A stretch of DNA of 64,000 nucleotides from Chloroflexota bacterium (GTDB lineage Bacteria; Chloroflexota; Dehalococcoidia; UBA2979): positions 24,206 to 88,205 of the forward strand of contig CANMOP010000005.1 in assembly GCA_947499615.1 (NCBI GenBank), given 5' to 3'. The notes under the pieces were generated by a model. That model was not told where the DNA came from. It saw nothing but the letters and a program-made list of their open reading frames with translations, and searched no databases. Positions 9,601 through 19,934 of the stretch are shown here, piece by piece (within the stretch, counting starts at the first letter, position 1; each line of letters opens with the position of its first letter). The position numbers and the translations under genes were made by a program.

Positions 9601-10046
9601 CGGATGCTGCCGTCGTTGCGGCGCGTATGCGTGACGGTGAACCGCTCGGCATCGGCGACTTTGACCTCGCGGCCGGCGACATCCTCGTCTCCGTCGAGGC
9701 CACCGAGGGCTGGGCGGCCTCGGAGGAGTCGGGCTACGTCGTGCTGCTCGACACACGCATCACGCCGGAGTTGGAGAGCGAGGGGTTGATGCGGGAGATC
9801 GTGCGACGCCTACAGGACCTGCGCCGCGAGGCTGGCCTGGAAGTCACCGACCGCATCCGCGTCACCTGGCGGGGCGACGCGGTTATCGGCAAAGTGATGG
9901 CCGACCACGGCCCCACCATCTCGGAGGAGGTGCTCGCACTCTCCCTCGACGCTGGCGACGGCCCGGACGCCCCGCTGCCGGATGGCGCCGTCGTCGAAGC
10001 GGACATCGAGGGTCACGCGGTCACGCTGGCGCTACGGAAAGCGTAG
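6696..10046 (+). CDS. ileS: Isoleucine--tRNA ligase
   Basis: Class I aaRS. 'PPTANGNPGIHHV' HIGH-region and 'KMSKS' present. IleS-type editing and anticodon-binding architecture. ATG at 6696 after a GAGG RBS. Confidence 0.92.
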   Translation: MFDPIPSRVSFPALEADTLAFWREHDVFRRSVDERPADRIFNFYEGPPTANGNPGIHHVLARVFKDLIPRYRTMRGDRVPRKGGWDTHGLPVELEVERQLGLHSKLEIEAYGVEAFNQQCRDSVFRYVSEWERMTERIGYWVDTEHPYVTYSREYVETCWWIFKRLFDNGLMFRDYRVTPHCPRCGTSLSSHEIALGYKEDTPDPSVTVLFRADAAASAEAGVSPLLRLADGVPTFVVAWTTTPWTLPGNVALALNADAEYAIVEYGSEHPSVGRVRLILAASRVGAVIPGMAPREADTGRGISLADAQIWQDDSRVIATVRGSDVVGLRYEPLYESREWDEVEALAFVDGRTQRIEGDVSAPARRVVAADFVQTDDGTGIVHIAPAFGEDDYALGRAEGLMFLQPVGLDGKFVGGPWAGEFVKDADRGIRRDLRQRGVLLRDEQIRHTYPFCWRCDTPVLYYAKPSWYIRTTAVKDALIEGNQRIHWVPDHIRDGRFGGWLEGNIDWAVSRERYWGTPLPLWTCEGCATVECIGSYAELRERSGAAEEIADPHRPFIDAVTLPCAACGGTMRRTPEVADAWFDSGAMPYAQAHYPFEDASAFGSRFPADFICEAVDQTRGWFYTLHALATLLNRTDDVPDSIAYRNVICLGHILDGEGLKMSKSRGNVVDPWTVLDTQGADALRWYLYTASPPGNSRRFSTELVGEVSRRFLSTLWNTYSFFVTYANIANFDPSSAPPAQIAEQRSELDRWVRSELHRTVQRVTEGLDAYEPADAARPIGEFVEQLSNWYVRRSRRRFWKSDDSADTQAALHTLYECLTTVTRLLAPFTPFVAEAMYRNLVAGRVPGAADSVHLDAWPEVDVAAIDEQLSTDIALVQRMVSLGRAARQQASVRVRQPLATAVLVPRVVSERTALERLADQVADELNVKSVEVTAGDDRLRYSLRPNLPVLGPRFGREIGPVRAAIAAADAAVVAARMRDGEPLGIGDFDLAAGDILVSVEATEGWAASEESGYVVLLDTRITPELESEGLMREIVRRLQDLRREAGLEVTDRIRVTWRGDAVIGKVMADHGPTISEEVLALSLDAGDGPDAPLPDGAVVEADIEGHAVTLALRKA

Positions 10047-10057
10047 GCAGTTCCGAT

Positions 10058-10104
10058 CCTGCCCCCTCCCCCTTTACGGGGGAGGGCTGGGGTGAGGGTC
10101 TCCC
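10058..10104. repeat. GC-rich palindromic repeat (copy B) between convergent genes, likely bidirectional terminator
   Basis: CCCCCTCCCCCtttaCGGGGGAGGGCTGGGGTGAGGG immediately after the ileS stop. Confidence 0.7.
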
Positions 10105-10136
10105 GAGTGCCTCGCCCCGCCGCGCCCCGCCGCTGC

Positions 10137-10430
10137 CTAATCCGCCACCAGCCGCTGAAGCAGTGCCTTCATCTTCGGCGAGCGCTGCAACTCGGCGCGC
10201 AGCGCAGCGATCTCGCGCTCGTTGATGATCAGTGGGCGGCGTTCGAGTTCGCCCTCGGTGTCGTAGGCGGCGAAGCGGATGGCATACTGGCCCTTCTTCT
10301 CGCCCTGCTCGTACTGGAGCAGTTGGAGCGATGGAGCGTGCAGGCCACCCACGATGGCGGCCTCTTCCACAACCTTGCCAGTGCCCCAGAGCAGGGCAAA
10401 CGGGCGGGGGACTCGTCGAGTGGGCATGAT
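10137..10430 (-). CDS. Hypothetical small protein
   Basis: About 98 aa from the internal Met 'MPTRRV...'. The longer ORF upstream overlaps the divergent regulator gene, so the shorter start is preferred. Confidence 0.35.
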   Translation of the reverse strand: MMPTRRVPRPFALLWGTGKVVEEAAIVGGLHAPSLQLLQYEQGEKKGQYAIRFAAYDTEGELERRPLIINEREIAALRAELQRSPKMKALLQRLVAD

Positions 10431-10595
10431 GCGTCTCGCTTCCGTGATCGGCAGGCGGGCCGCCCTGTCAGAGGGAACGGGTGTCATCGCCTGATCACGA
10501 TGTATCATCGCACTTAGCGCAACGCGTCGTGTGCAATCGCCGTCGCGAGCGCCCATCTCAGACGTGTCGATGTCATCGGACTCGAGGTTCACGCC

Positions 10596-11225
10596 GTGCA
10601 GCAGACCCGCCAGCAGATCCTCGACCACCTGCGCGTGCACCGCGACGCCAGCGTCCGCGAGTTGGGCGCGCTGCTGGATCTCACTGCCACCGGCGTGCGA
10701 CAGCACCTCGGAGTGTTGGAGCAAGAAGGGTACGTGCACAGTCGTGAGCAGCGCGGCCGCATTGGTCGGCCCGCGCTCCGCTACTCGCTCACGTCACATG
10801 GTGAGGATAGTTACCCGCGTCAGTACGACGAGTTGGCGAACGCACTCATTGCGGAGGTTGCAGCAAACTTTGGTGCGGACGGCCTCGCACTCGTCACGCG
10901 CGGCGTCGCGCAGCGCCTTGCGGTGCCGACGGATGTGGCACCCTCGGCGTCCGCCGACGAACGGGCGGAGGCGCTGACGATTGCGCTGCGCACGAGGGGT
11001 ATCGTGGCCGATTGGGCGCACGAGGGCGACGCGATCGTCGTGTATGAGCGCACCTGTCCGTACCCGCAGGTCGCGCGCACGAATGCTGTTGCGTGCATGG
11101 TGGATGTGGAGCATCTGAGCGCGATGATGGGCATGCGCGCGGAACTCACCAGTTGCATCGCGGGCGGCGATGAGTGCTGCACATACCGCTTCCCACTCAG
11201 TGCCGTTCCCGTGGCTGCATCCTAG
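10596..11225 (+). CDS. Winged-helix (ArsR/DeoR-like) transcriptional regulator with C-terminal Cys-rich domain (SufR-like)
   Basis: N-terminal HTH 'SVRELGALLDLTATGVRQHLGVLEQEGYV'. C-terminal C..C..C..CC cluster reminiscent of the SufR Fe-S sensing domain. GTG start. Confidence 0.5.
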   Translation: MQQTRQQILDHLRVHRDASVRELGALLDLTATGVRQHLGVLEQEGYVHSREQRGRIGRPALRYSLTSHGEDSYPRQYDELANALIAEVAANFGADGLALVTRGVAQRLAVPTDVAPSASADERAEALTIALRTRGIVADWAHEGDAIVVYERTCPYPQVARTNAVACMVDVEHLSAMMGMRAELTSCIAGGDECCTYRFPLSAVPVAAS

Positions 11226-11308
11226 GCGCCGCGTCCGGAACACTCTGTCCTGACCACGGCCGTTCGTGAGCGCGTAGGTCGACGCCCCCGCTGCCCGCGC
11301 CTATCATC

Positions 11309-13555
11309 GTGCACCAGACGGCTGGTGGCGTCCGCGCACGCGGCATGGCTGCCTCCGCCGTTGGCGTCCTTGAACCACCGCTCCCCGGGCAGGCAGCACG
11401 CATGGGCATCTGGGTCGGGCGCTACGCAATCGTTGGCGGCGCGGTGCGCGAGCACGGCCCGTGGTTCTTGGAGCGCGAACGCTCCCAGGACGACGGTGTG
11501 GTGCGCTTGCTCATCCTTGTCGAGCCGATCGATGAGCGATCCGCCCCGTTCTGCGAGCAGGTCGCGGACGCCGTCGCTGAACTGTTCATTCACGAGTCCG
11601 CCTCGGTCACGGGTGGCCTGTTGCGCGCGATCCGACGTGCGCACGCCAACCTGGAGGAGTGGAACCGTCGCTCCCTGCGTGAACATCGTGTAGCTGTCGG
11701 CATCACCTGCGCAGTGATTCGCGATGGTGAGGTGACCATCGCGCAGGCAGGGCCCGGCGTGGTGTACGTGCGCGACGCGCAGGGGCTGCGGCGGCTGGCA
11801 CCCGAGGCCGGCACACCGGCCGCGAATCCCCTCGGCGGCGTGGAGGCAGTAGACCCCGCCTTCTCCTCAGAACGCAGCACGCAGAGCCTCATCCTGCTGG
11901 TGAGCAGTGTGGTGGAGCAGCGGCTGGGAGTAGCCGCCATCGGCGCGGTGCTGGAGGCAGGCCCCGACCGCGCGCTGGCGGAGTTGTTCACGCGCACGCG
12001 CGCCATCCAGGACATGACCGCGGTGCTGGTCGCGGAGATCGACCTCCCCGACGAGTTGCTGCGCTCCCCGTCGCCGGAACTGCACGCGGACAGTCCGGCG
12101 TGGGCCGACTCCGGCGTGCAGGAGCCCACTGCCGTCGACTCCGGCCCTGCCTCCAGTGGGGGCAGTGGGTTGGGTGCAGCCGTCGCCCGCGGTTGGCGGA
12201 GCGCGATCAGCATTCGCACCGATCGCGCCCCGTACGCCGATCGCAACGTCCCGGGAGCACTCGGGCGACTGGGAGTGCGGCGGGCAGGCGAGCGACCGGA
12301 CGCCATGCAGCAGCGTGTACGCGTGGGAGCACTCGTCGGTGTGGCGGTGCTGGCGCTGGTACTGCTGGGGTGGTGCACGCTCCCCTCGATCGTGAGTCAG
12401 GATCGCAGCGCGCAATTCAACGACGCGATGGCATCCGCCGCGACCCACCTCCAGGCCGCTGCACAGGCGACCGACGTCACACGCAGCCGCACCGAGCTGC
12501 AGACCGCCGCCAGCGAGTTGGCGCGCGCGCGCGCAGCGCAGCCGACGGACGGCCGCATCGCTGGACTCCAGGCGCAGATCGATCAGGCGGTCAAGGGTCT
12601 GGACGCGGTCTCCGACCTCGGCGAGGCGGGTCTCAAGAAGGTGCTCGCGTTCGATGGCGTGATCACCGCTCCGTTCACGCCGGCGGCGCTCGCGTTCGGT
12701 GACGGTGCGCTCTGGCTGCTCGACAGCCAGCGCGGTCGCGTCTTCCGCATCGACCTAGCGGGCGGCACCGGCGGGTCGTCGACGCCCAGTGGCAGTGCCA
12801 CTGCCTCCTCCACACCTCGGGCGACCGCAACCGCGACCACCAGCGCCAGCCCAACCGCCGTCGCTGGTGCCGCAGCTGGCGCCGGACGACTGGAGCCGGT
12901 GGAGGTCTACCGCCCTGGGGCGACGTACGGCGGTTCCCCCGCGCGCGAACCGAGGGTGATCACCTGGGACGCCACCGGACGACGACTGCTGCTGCTGGAC
13001 ACCGGCCCGACGCTCTTCTCGATCGCATCGAAGCAAGAGCCGACGCCGATCGCGATGCGCGGTGCGAAGGATCTGCGCTCGGTCGCTGCCATCGCGACGT
13101 ACAGCGGGAACCTCTACGCGCTGGACCCGGCGGGTGGCGAGATCTGGCGCTATCTTCCGGGCGGCGGTGGCTTTGACTCGGAGCGCTCCGGGCTGCTCGG
13201 TGGCATTGAGATGGCGGACGCGCGCGGCCTGCTGGTCGATGGCGACTTCTACGTGCTGGGTACCGCGGGCGTGCGCCGCTTCCGCCCGCCGCGCGAGTTG
13301 CCGCCGCTGTTGCAGGGCATCGACCGCCCGCTCGCCTCGCCAGCGGGTCTGGCCGCCGACAGTCAGCGGCAGCTCTACTACGCCGGCGATCGCGGCGGAC
13401 ACCGCGTGGTGGTGAGCGACCGTGAGGGTGCGTACCGCCGTCAGTACCGTCATCCGCAGTTCATCGATGTGCGCGGGGTCGCGCTCTCCGCGGACGGCGC
13501 GACTGCGTATGTGCTGACCGGCGAGGGCATCTTCTCCTTCGCCCCCGCGCCCTGA
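11309..13555 (+). CDS. Membrane protein: N-terminal PP2C/SpoIIE-like (possibly degenerate) domain, one TM helix, C-terminal beta-propeller
   Basis: Cytoplasmic region resembles a PPM phosphatase core but lacks clear Asp-rich metal motifs. TM 'VGALVGVAVLALVLLGW'. C-terminus has repeated strand-rich blocks (propeller/NHL-like). Start codon uncertain. Confidence 0.4.
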   Translation: MHQTAGGVRARGMAASAVGVLEPPLPGQAARMGIWVGRYAIVGGAVREHGPWFLERERSQDDGVVRLLILVEPIDERSAPFCEQVADAVAELFIHESASVTGGLLRAIRRAHANLEEWNRRSLREHRVAVGITCAVIRDGEVTIAQAGPGVVYVRDAQGLRRLAPEAGTPAANPLGGVEAVDPAFSSERSTQSLILLVSSVVEQRLGVAAIGAVLEAGPDRALAELFTRTRAIQDMTAVLVAEIDLPDELLRSPSPELHADSPAWADSGVQEPTAVDSGPASSGGSGLGAAVARGWRSAISIRTDRAPYADRNVPGALGRLGVRRAGERPDAMQQRVRVGALVGVAVLALVLLGWCTLPSIVSQDRSAQFNDAMASAATHLQAAAQATDVTRSRTELQTAASELARARAAQPTDGRIAGLQAQIDQAVKGLDAVSDLGEAGLKKVLAFDGVITAPFTPAALAFGDGALWLLDSQRGRVFRIDLAGGTGGSSTPSGSATASSTPRATATATTSASPTAVAGAAAGAGRLEPVEVYRPGATYGGSPAREPRVITWDATGRRLLLLDTGPTLFSIASKQEPTPIAMRGAKDLRSVAAIATYSGNLYALDPAGGEIWRYLPGGGGFDSERSGLLGGIEMADARGLLVDGDFYVLGTAGVRRFRPPRELPPLLQGIDRPLASPAGLAADSQRQLYYAGDRGGHRVVVSDREGAYRRQYRHPQFIDVRGVALSADGATAYVLTGEGIFSFAPAP

Positions 13556-13580
13556 CGCTGCGCGCCCGTACACTGTCGAC

Positions 13581-14627
13581 GTGACCACCATCCTGGCGAT
13601 CGAGTCCTCGTGCGATGAGACGGCTGCCGCTGTCGTCGTCGACGGCCGCCGCATGCGCTCCAACGTGGTCGCCTCGCAGACCGAGCTGCATGCGCTCACT
13701 GGCGGTGTCGTGCCGGAAGTCGCCGCGCGCCAGCATCTGCGCGCCGTGGTGCCGGTGGTACGTCAGGCACTCGCGGATGCGGAGTGCGGATGGGATGCCA
13801 TCGACTACATCGCGGCGACGGCGGGCCCGGGTCTGCCGGGCGCACTCGTCGTCGGGCTCAACGCCGCACGCGGGATCGCGTTCGCGCGCGGCCTGCCGTT
13901 CATCGCCGTCGACCACATCGAGGGGCACGTGTGCGCCAACTGGCTGGATGCCGGGAACGGCGCGGACTCCGCGGTGCCGACGCTTCCGGCGCTCGCGCTT
14001 GCGGTCTCTGGCGGGCACACCGAATTGCTGCTGATGGAGCCGTCGGGCCGCTTCCGTCGCCTCGGCGGGACGAGGGACGATGCGGCGGGGGAGGCGTTCG
14101 ACAAGGTCGCGCGGCTGCTCGGCCTCGGCTATCCCGGTGGCCCCGCGATCTCACGGCTCGCGCGTGAGGCCGGACCGCACAAAGTGCGACTGCCGCGTGC
14201 GTGGCTGCGCGGGACGGACGACTGGTCGTTCTCCGGGCTGAAGACCGCGGTACAGCGCATGGCCGCAAGCGACGACGCCCCACCGCTCGCGCAGATCGCT
14301 GATGCGTTCGAGGAGTCCGTCGCCGATGTGTTGGCGACGAAGACCGCGCGGGCCGCAGAGCGGGAGGGCGTGTCGTGCGTGCTGCTAGCCGGCGGTGTCG
14401 CCGCCAACGAGCGGCTGCGAGCGCGCATGCGGCAACGCTGCGCTGTACCGGTATTCATCCCCCCGCCCGTCCTGTGTACGGATAACGCCGCGATGATCGG
14501 TGCCGCCGCGTTCCGTCACCTCGATCAGGCCGTGTCGCCCAGCATGGCGCTGGACGTGCATGCCACGTTGGCGCCGCATGCTCGTGCGGCCAGCGGCGCG
14601 TTCCTGTGGGGCGGGTCGCCCGCGTAG
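13581..14627 (+). CDS. tsaD: tRNA N6-adenosine threonylcarbamoyltransferase TsaD
   Basis: 348 aa. 'ILAIESSCDETAAAVV' N-terminus and His-His metal site typical of the Kae1/TsaD family. GTG start. Confidence 0.9.
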   Translation: MTTILAIESSCDETAAAVVVDGRRMRSNVVASQTELHALTGGVVPEVAARQHLRAVVPVVRQALADAECGWDAIDYIAATAGPGLPGALVVGLNAARGIAFARGLPFIAVDHIEGHVCANWLDAGNGADSAVPTLPALALAVSGGHTELLLMEPSGRFRRLGGTRDDAAGEAFDKVARLLGLGYPGGPAISRLAREAGPHKVRLPRAWLRGTDDWSFSGLKTAVQRMAASDDAPPLAQIADAFEESVADVLATKTARAAEREGVSCVLLAGGVAANERLRARMRQRCAVPVFIPPPVLCTDNAAMIGAAAFRHLDQAVSPSMALDVHATLAPHARAASGAFLWGGSPA

Positions 14628-14685
14628 GCATCGCGTGACCCTTGTTTGCCTGTGGATGTGCCATCCGATGCCGAGGCGGACGCGC

Positions 14686-15243
14686 CTACCTTGATGCAGT
14701 GCTGACGGCTTCCCACTCCACCCGCAGCAGTCCGTACCACGCCTCGTCGACCTGCACGCGGCGCTGCGTGCGGTGCAGGCGCAGCGTGGCCTCGTGCTGC
14801 ATGCCGAGCCGTTCCAGCAGCTGGTGAGCGGCCTGGTGACGCACGTCGGTGGTCGCGTATAACCGCGTGATCGCCAGGGTGGTGAACGCCCAGTCGACCA
14901 CCGCGCGCGTTGCCTCCAGCGTCAGTCCCTGTCGCCAGTGCGCCCGAGCTACCGCGAACCCCAGCCTGGCCCGCCGATGCGCGGGTTCCACGGTCAGGTG
15001 CACCGCACCGATCACCCGCCCGCCCGCGTCGATGGCCCACGTTGGCGCGGTGGCCCAATCGGCCGCCATCCCCCGCGAGACGAACGCCTCGGCGTCCGTG
15101 CGACGGTACGGGAACGGCATCGCCACGTACCGCCCGAACTCTCGGTCCACCGCGTACGCCAGCACGTCGTCGACGTCGTGTGCGCGAAACGGCCGCAACC
15201 GCAGCCGCGCCGTCTCAATGTGCGTTGGCAGCACACTCGTCAT
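14686..15243 (-). CDS. GNAT family N-acetyltransferase (RimJ/RimL-like)
   Basis: 185 aa. 'RLRLRPFRAHDVDDVLAY' N-terminus and acetyl-CoA binding segment. ATG at 15243 overlaps the upstream stop (ATGA). Confidence 0.7.
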   Translation of the reverse strand: MTSVLPTHIETARLRLRPFRAHDVDDVLAYAVDREFGRYVAMPFPYRRTDAEAFVSRGMAADWATAPTWAIDAGGRVIGAVHLTVEPAHRRARLGFAVARAHWRQGLTLEATRAVVDWAFTTLAITRLYATTDVRHQAAHQLLERLGMQHEATLRLHRTQRRVQVDEAWYGLLRVEWEAVSTASR

Positions 15244-16505
15244 CGGGGCACCATGGGCGCCATGGGCGCCAGCGCCCCTTTGTCGGCTACCGCCGCTGCC
15301 CTCGGGCCGTCCGATGCCACCACCAACGGGTGAGAATGCGGCGGAGCCGAAAGCGCGCCCTGGGGCGCCGGAGCCGGAAGAGCGCCCTGGGGCGCCGGGG
15401 GGGAGAGGGGGCAGTGGCCGCAGCCGCCGCGTTCGCACCAGAGATCCTGGAGGTGCAGCAGCCCCTGCGCGGCGAGCGCTCCGCCGCCGGTCGCTGCGTC
15501 GCGTCCGAGGCCGCCGAGGTTCATCGCCAGCGACTGTGTGCGCCCGTATGGCCTCGGTGCCGGCCATGCGGATGCCAATCGCGCGGTGGCTCGCGCCAAT
15601 TCCGTGTCGCCGTACCCCAGCGCCAACGCGCCGAGCAGTGGCAGCACCGCGTTCCACCCGAGTTCCGCCGCCCGCCCCGTACCCACGGCGCCAGCGCCGC
15701 TTGTCGGCAGCCGCGTGATGTCACCGTCGTGAGCGTGTGGGATCTGTCGCGCGCCGCCTCCCCCGCCGCCGCGCAGTGCTTCGATGAGGCCGCGTGGCAT
15801 CCCGGTGCGTGCGAGTCTCGCGAGCGCGAGCAGGGGTTCGCGGCCGGTGGGGCCGGCGGGATATGATTTGCACAGCGCAGTGGTGATTCGGGAGGCCAAC
15901 TGCGCGCGTTCCTCGGCGGACTCGCGGGTGCGGCCGGCGCTGGCTGCCAGCGTGGCGTCGAGCTGACGCGACCACGCGTCGGTCCAGCCGTGGGTAGCGG
16001 CGAGCCGCGCGGCGCGCCAGGTGCGCTCCGCCAACCGGCGCTGACCCTCGTGGCGCAGTCGGCTCGACGTCTCCTCTGCGCCGAACGTGGCACCTGCGTC
16101 CGCGCACGGCTCGTGCCCAGAGGGGCCGCGTCGCACCAACGCACGGAGCTCCGCCGTGCCACCGGAGAGCCACGGCGCGATCGCGACAGTACGTGCTTCG
16201 CCTCCCCCGGCGAGTGGCACCGGTTCGCCAGCAGCGCGGGGACCATCGGCCACGCGGTCGTCATCCCACACCACGTGCAGCACCACTCCGTCGTACGCCG
16301 GGTCTGACTCGTGCCCGTGGCGCGCGAAGTCGCGAGCGCGCACGTGGATCTCCACGTCTCCGGTCCAGATCAGTCCACCCGGGAGCTGGAACGTCGCCTC
16401 TCGCACGTCCGGACCGGGCCCTCGCCCGGCCCGCCCCGGGCGCAGCAGCACCCACGGCGATAGCACTGCGGGTGGCACCCGCCCCAGCAGCCAGAGCGCC
16501 AGCAC
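15240..16505 (-). CDS. DUF2851 family protein
   Basis: Conserved block 'GDVEIHVRARDFARHGHESDPAYDGVVLHVVW' matches the DUF2851 signature as I recall it (IEIH..DW..HGH..D.AYDNVILHV). C-terminal CxxCP. GTG start near 16505, about 420 aa. A 27-bp duplication lies near the 3' end. Confidence 0.55.
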   Translation of the reverse strand: MLALWLLGRVPPAVLSPWVLLRPGRAGRGPGPDVREATFQLPGGLIWTGDVEIHVRARDFARHGHESDPAYDGVVLHVVWDDDRVADGPRAAGEPVPLAGGGEARTVAIAPWLSGGTAELRALVRRGPSGHEPCADAGATFGAEETSSRLRHEGQRRLAERTWRAARLAATHGWTDAWSRQLDATLAASAGRTRESAEERAQLASRITTALCKSYPAGPTGREPLLALARLARTGMPRGLIEALRGGGGGGARQIPHAHDGDITRLPTSGAGAVGTGRAAELGWNAVLPLLGALALGYGDTELARATARLASAWPAPRPYGRTQSLAMNLGGLGRDAATGGGALAAQGLLHLQDLWCERGGCGHCPLSPPAPQGALPAPAPQGALSAPPHSHPLVVASDGPRAAAVADKGALAPMAPMVPR

Positions 16506-16653
16506 TTCCCGCTCCGCCAGGGCCGGGCCGCCAGCGGCCTCTCTCGGGCGGGCCGCAGCTTCTTCGGGATCCACGGTGGCGATGAACGCGGGGAGGGGAT
16601 AGGGAGCGGGAAGATCATGGAGGACGTGCGGGGGGCGTCCGATGGCTCCGACT

Positions 16654-16694
16654 CCCTCGCCCCGTCCCGGGGAGAGGGTTGGGGTGAGGGCTCC
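16654..16694. repeat. GC-rich palindromic repeat (copy C)
   Basis: CCCTCGCCCCGtcccGGGGAGAGGGTTGGGGTGAGGG between the XRE stop and the DUF2851 start. Confidence 0.75.
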
Positions 16695-16732
16695 AGCACC
16701 CCGCCGGGGCGTCCGGGCTGTGGCGAGCGCCG

Positions 16733-16993
16733 TCACGATGGGACTCGCTGTCCGCGCTCAGTCAGGGTGCTGGTGGCCTCGGGAGCATTCACCTCGTAGG
16801 GGGCCGCCGACTCTGCGACGAGTCCGAGCAGGCGCTGGGCCATGCGGCGAGGATGGCTCAGGCCACGCTCCCACTCGGAGACCGTCTGCTGCCGGGTGCC
16901 CAGTCGATCCGCGAACGCTTGCTGGCTTTCGCCCAGCCGCAGCCGGAGCGCGCGGATCGTCTCTGCCTCCCACGCGCCCGCAACCTCGCTCAT
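16733..16993 (-). CDS. XRE-family helix-turn-helix transcriptional regulator
   Basis: 86 aa. 'LRLRLGESQQAFADRLGTRQQTVSEWERG' is a classic Cro/C1-type HTH. Confidence 0.75.
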   Translation of the reverse strand: MSEVAGAWEAETIRALRLRLGESQQAFADRLGTRQQTVSEWERGLSHPRRMAQRLLGLVAESAAPYEVNAPEATSTLTERGQRVPS

Positions 16994-17124
16994 GCGCGCA
17001 GATTACAAGATTTCGCGTATCCGCAGTGCGTATCGCCGTGAGGCCGGGCCATCGCTCCGTGCGATCAACCGCCGCTGAGCTGCATGGCGCGGCGGTCAGC
17101 GAGGAAGAGGCCACTGGTGGACAT

Positions 17125-17151
17125 CTGGCACTCTCTCGCGGGGAGTGCTAA
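17125..17151 (+). promoter_or_regulatory. CIRCE operator (HrcA binding site) upstream of groES
   Basis: cTGGCACTC-N9-GAGTGCTAA matches the CIRCE consensus TTAGCACTC-N9-GAGTGCTAA. Confidence 0.85.
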
Positions 17152-17221
17152 CATCCCGCAGCACGCGAGCCTCGGCCGCGGCGGGCAGCGAATGCGTTTT
17201 CACTGGAGGAGGCGGGGCACC

Positions 17222-17560
17222 TTGGCTACAACAGTAGTGCCACTTACGGACCACATCGTACTGAGCGCGGTTGACGCGGAGGAGATCACTACCTCCGGGC
17301 TTGTCATTCCGGACTCCATTAAGGAGAAGCCGCAGCACGGCAACGTGGTCGCGGTCGGTCCCGGCAAGATGAACGAAGCCGGCACCATGGAGACCATTGA
17401 GCTCAAGGCCGGCGACCGGATCCTGTACCAGAAGTACACCGGCCAGGAGATCACCGTCGACAAGCAGGAATACATCGTCATCCGCTTCCAGGACGTGCTC
17501 GCACGGCTGGAGGAGGACGGCGTCGCCGCCGCAGGCACACGCGCCCGCGGCCGAAAGTAG
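17222..17560 (+). CDS. groES: Co-chaperonin GroES
   Basis: TTG start after a GGAGGAGG RBS. 'VVPLTDHIVLSAVDAEEITTSGLVIPDS...AVGPG' with a short basic C-terminal extension. Confidence 0.9.
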   Translation: MATTVVPLTDHIVLSAVDAEEITTSGLVIPDSIKEKPQHGNVVAVGPGKMNEAGTMETIELKAGDRILYQKYTGQEITVDKQEYIVIRFQDVLARLEEDGVAAAGTRARGRK

Positions 17561-19210
<1,650 letters not shown>

Positions 19211-19232
19211 TTGTCAGTCGTTCGCGAAACGC

Positions 19233-19266
19233 AACAGGGCCGCCCGTAAAGGCGGCCCTGTTCATG
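19233..19266 (+). terminator. Intrinsic terminator after groEL
   Basis: acagggccgcc-cgtaaa-ggcggccctgtt hairpin. Confidence 0.6.
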
Positions 19267-19338
19267 TCCGTCGCAAGCTGCATTCGGTGGTGGGCGCTTC
19301 GCACCCCACCGGTGTACCAGCGAAGGGGTCGATGCGCC

Positions 19339-19878
19339 TTACGAACTACGTCTGGCTGCAGCAAGCATGGCGCACTCGAACAACAGCGCCACCAGGACCG
19401 CAAGCGCTACTGCCGCCAGACTGGCGGAGGCGTACAGCGCGTACTGTCCGACCTCCCACCAGCCGTACGCGTTCAGCAGCAAGCCTCGCAACGTCTCGCC
19501 TTTGAACAGCGTGTCCACCTGCCCCTGCAACTTCGCGTCGGTCGGGTTCGCCCGTGCTGCGGTGCTCACCTGCGAGTAGGTCTTGCCAGCTGCGATGGCC
19601 TCCAGGTGGCGACCGATGAAGCCGTTGGCGTAGGCCCGCGCCGCTGCGCCATCGTCGAGCTGCCGACCGCCGTACTGCTGGAGGTCGGGGAACTCCTCGG
19701 CGCGGAGACCGGGGCTGCCTGCGGGAGGGAAGAAGATCTGCTGGGCGGCGAGCTGCTCCCGGATCATGCCGTGGACAAAGCGATTGCCCCAGAGCAGAAA
19801 GCCGGAGCAGGCCAGGAGAATCCCGATCAGTCCGACTTGCAGCACCAGAATTCGGATGCGGAGCCCGCTGTTCACCAT
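19339..19878 (-). CDS. Hypothetical membrane protein (2 predicted TM helices)
   Basis: 179 aa. Hydrophobic N- and C-terminal segments. No recognisable family. Confidence 0.35.
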   Translation of the reverse strand: MVNSGLRIRILVLQVGLIGILLACSGFLLWGNRFVHGMIREQLAAQQIFFPPAGSPGLRAEEFPDLQQYGGRQLDDGAAARAYANGFIGRHLEAIAAGKTYSQVSTAARANPTDAKLQGQVDTLFKGETLRGLLLNAYGWWEVGQYALYASASLAAVALAVLVALLFECAMLAAARRSS

Positions 19879-19934
19879 CCACCCCCTTTATTCCCGAGGC
19901 GGGTGAACCCGTGGCACGGGCAGCTCGCGGCGGG

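Noticed and set aside
15349-15405. 27-bp direct duplication near the 3' end of the DUF2851 gene, as a possible independent repeat element
   Set aside because: It lies within coding sequence and simply encodes a duplicated PAPQGAL peptide. No evidence of mobility.
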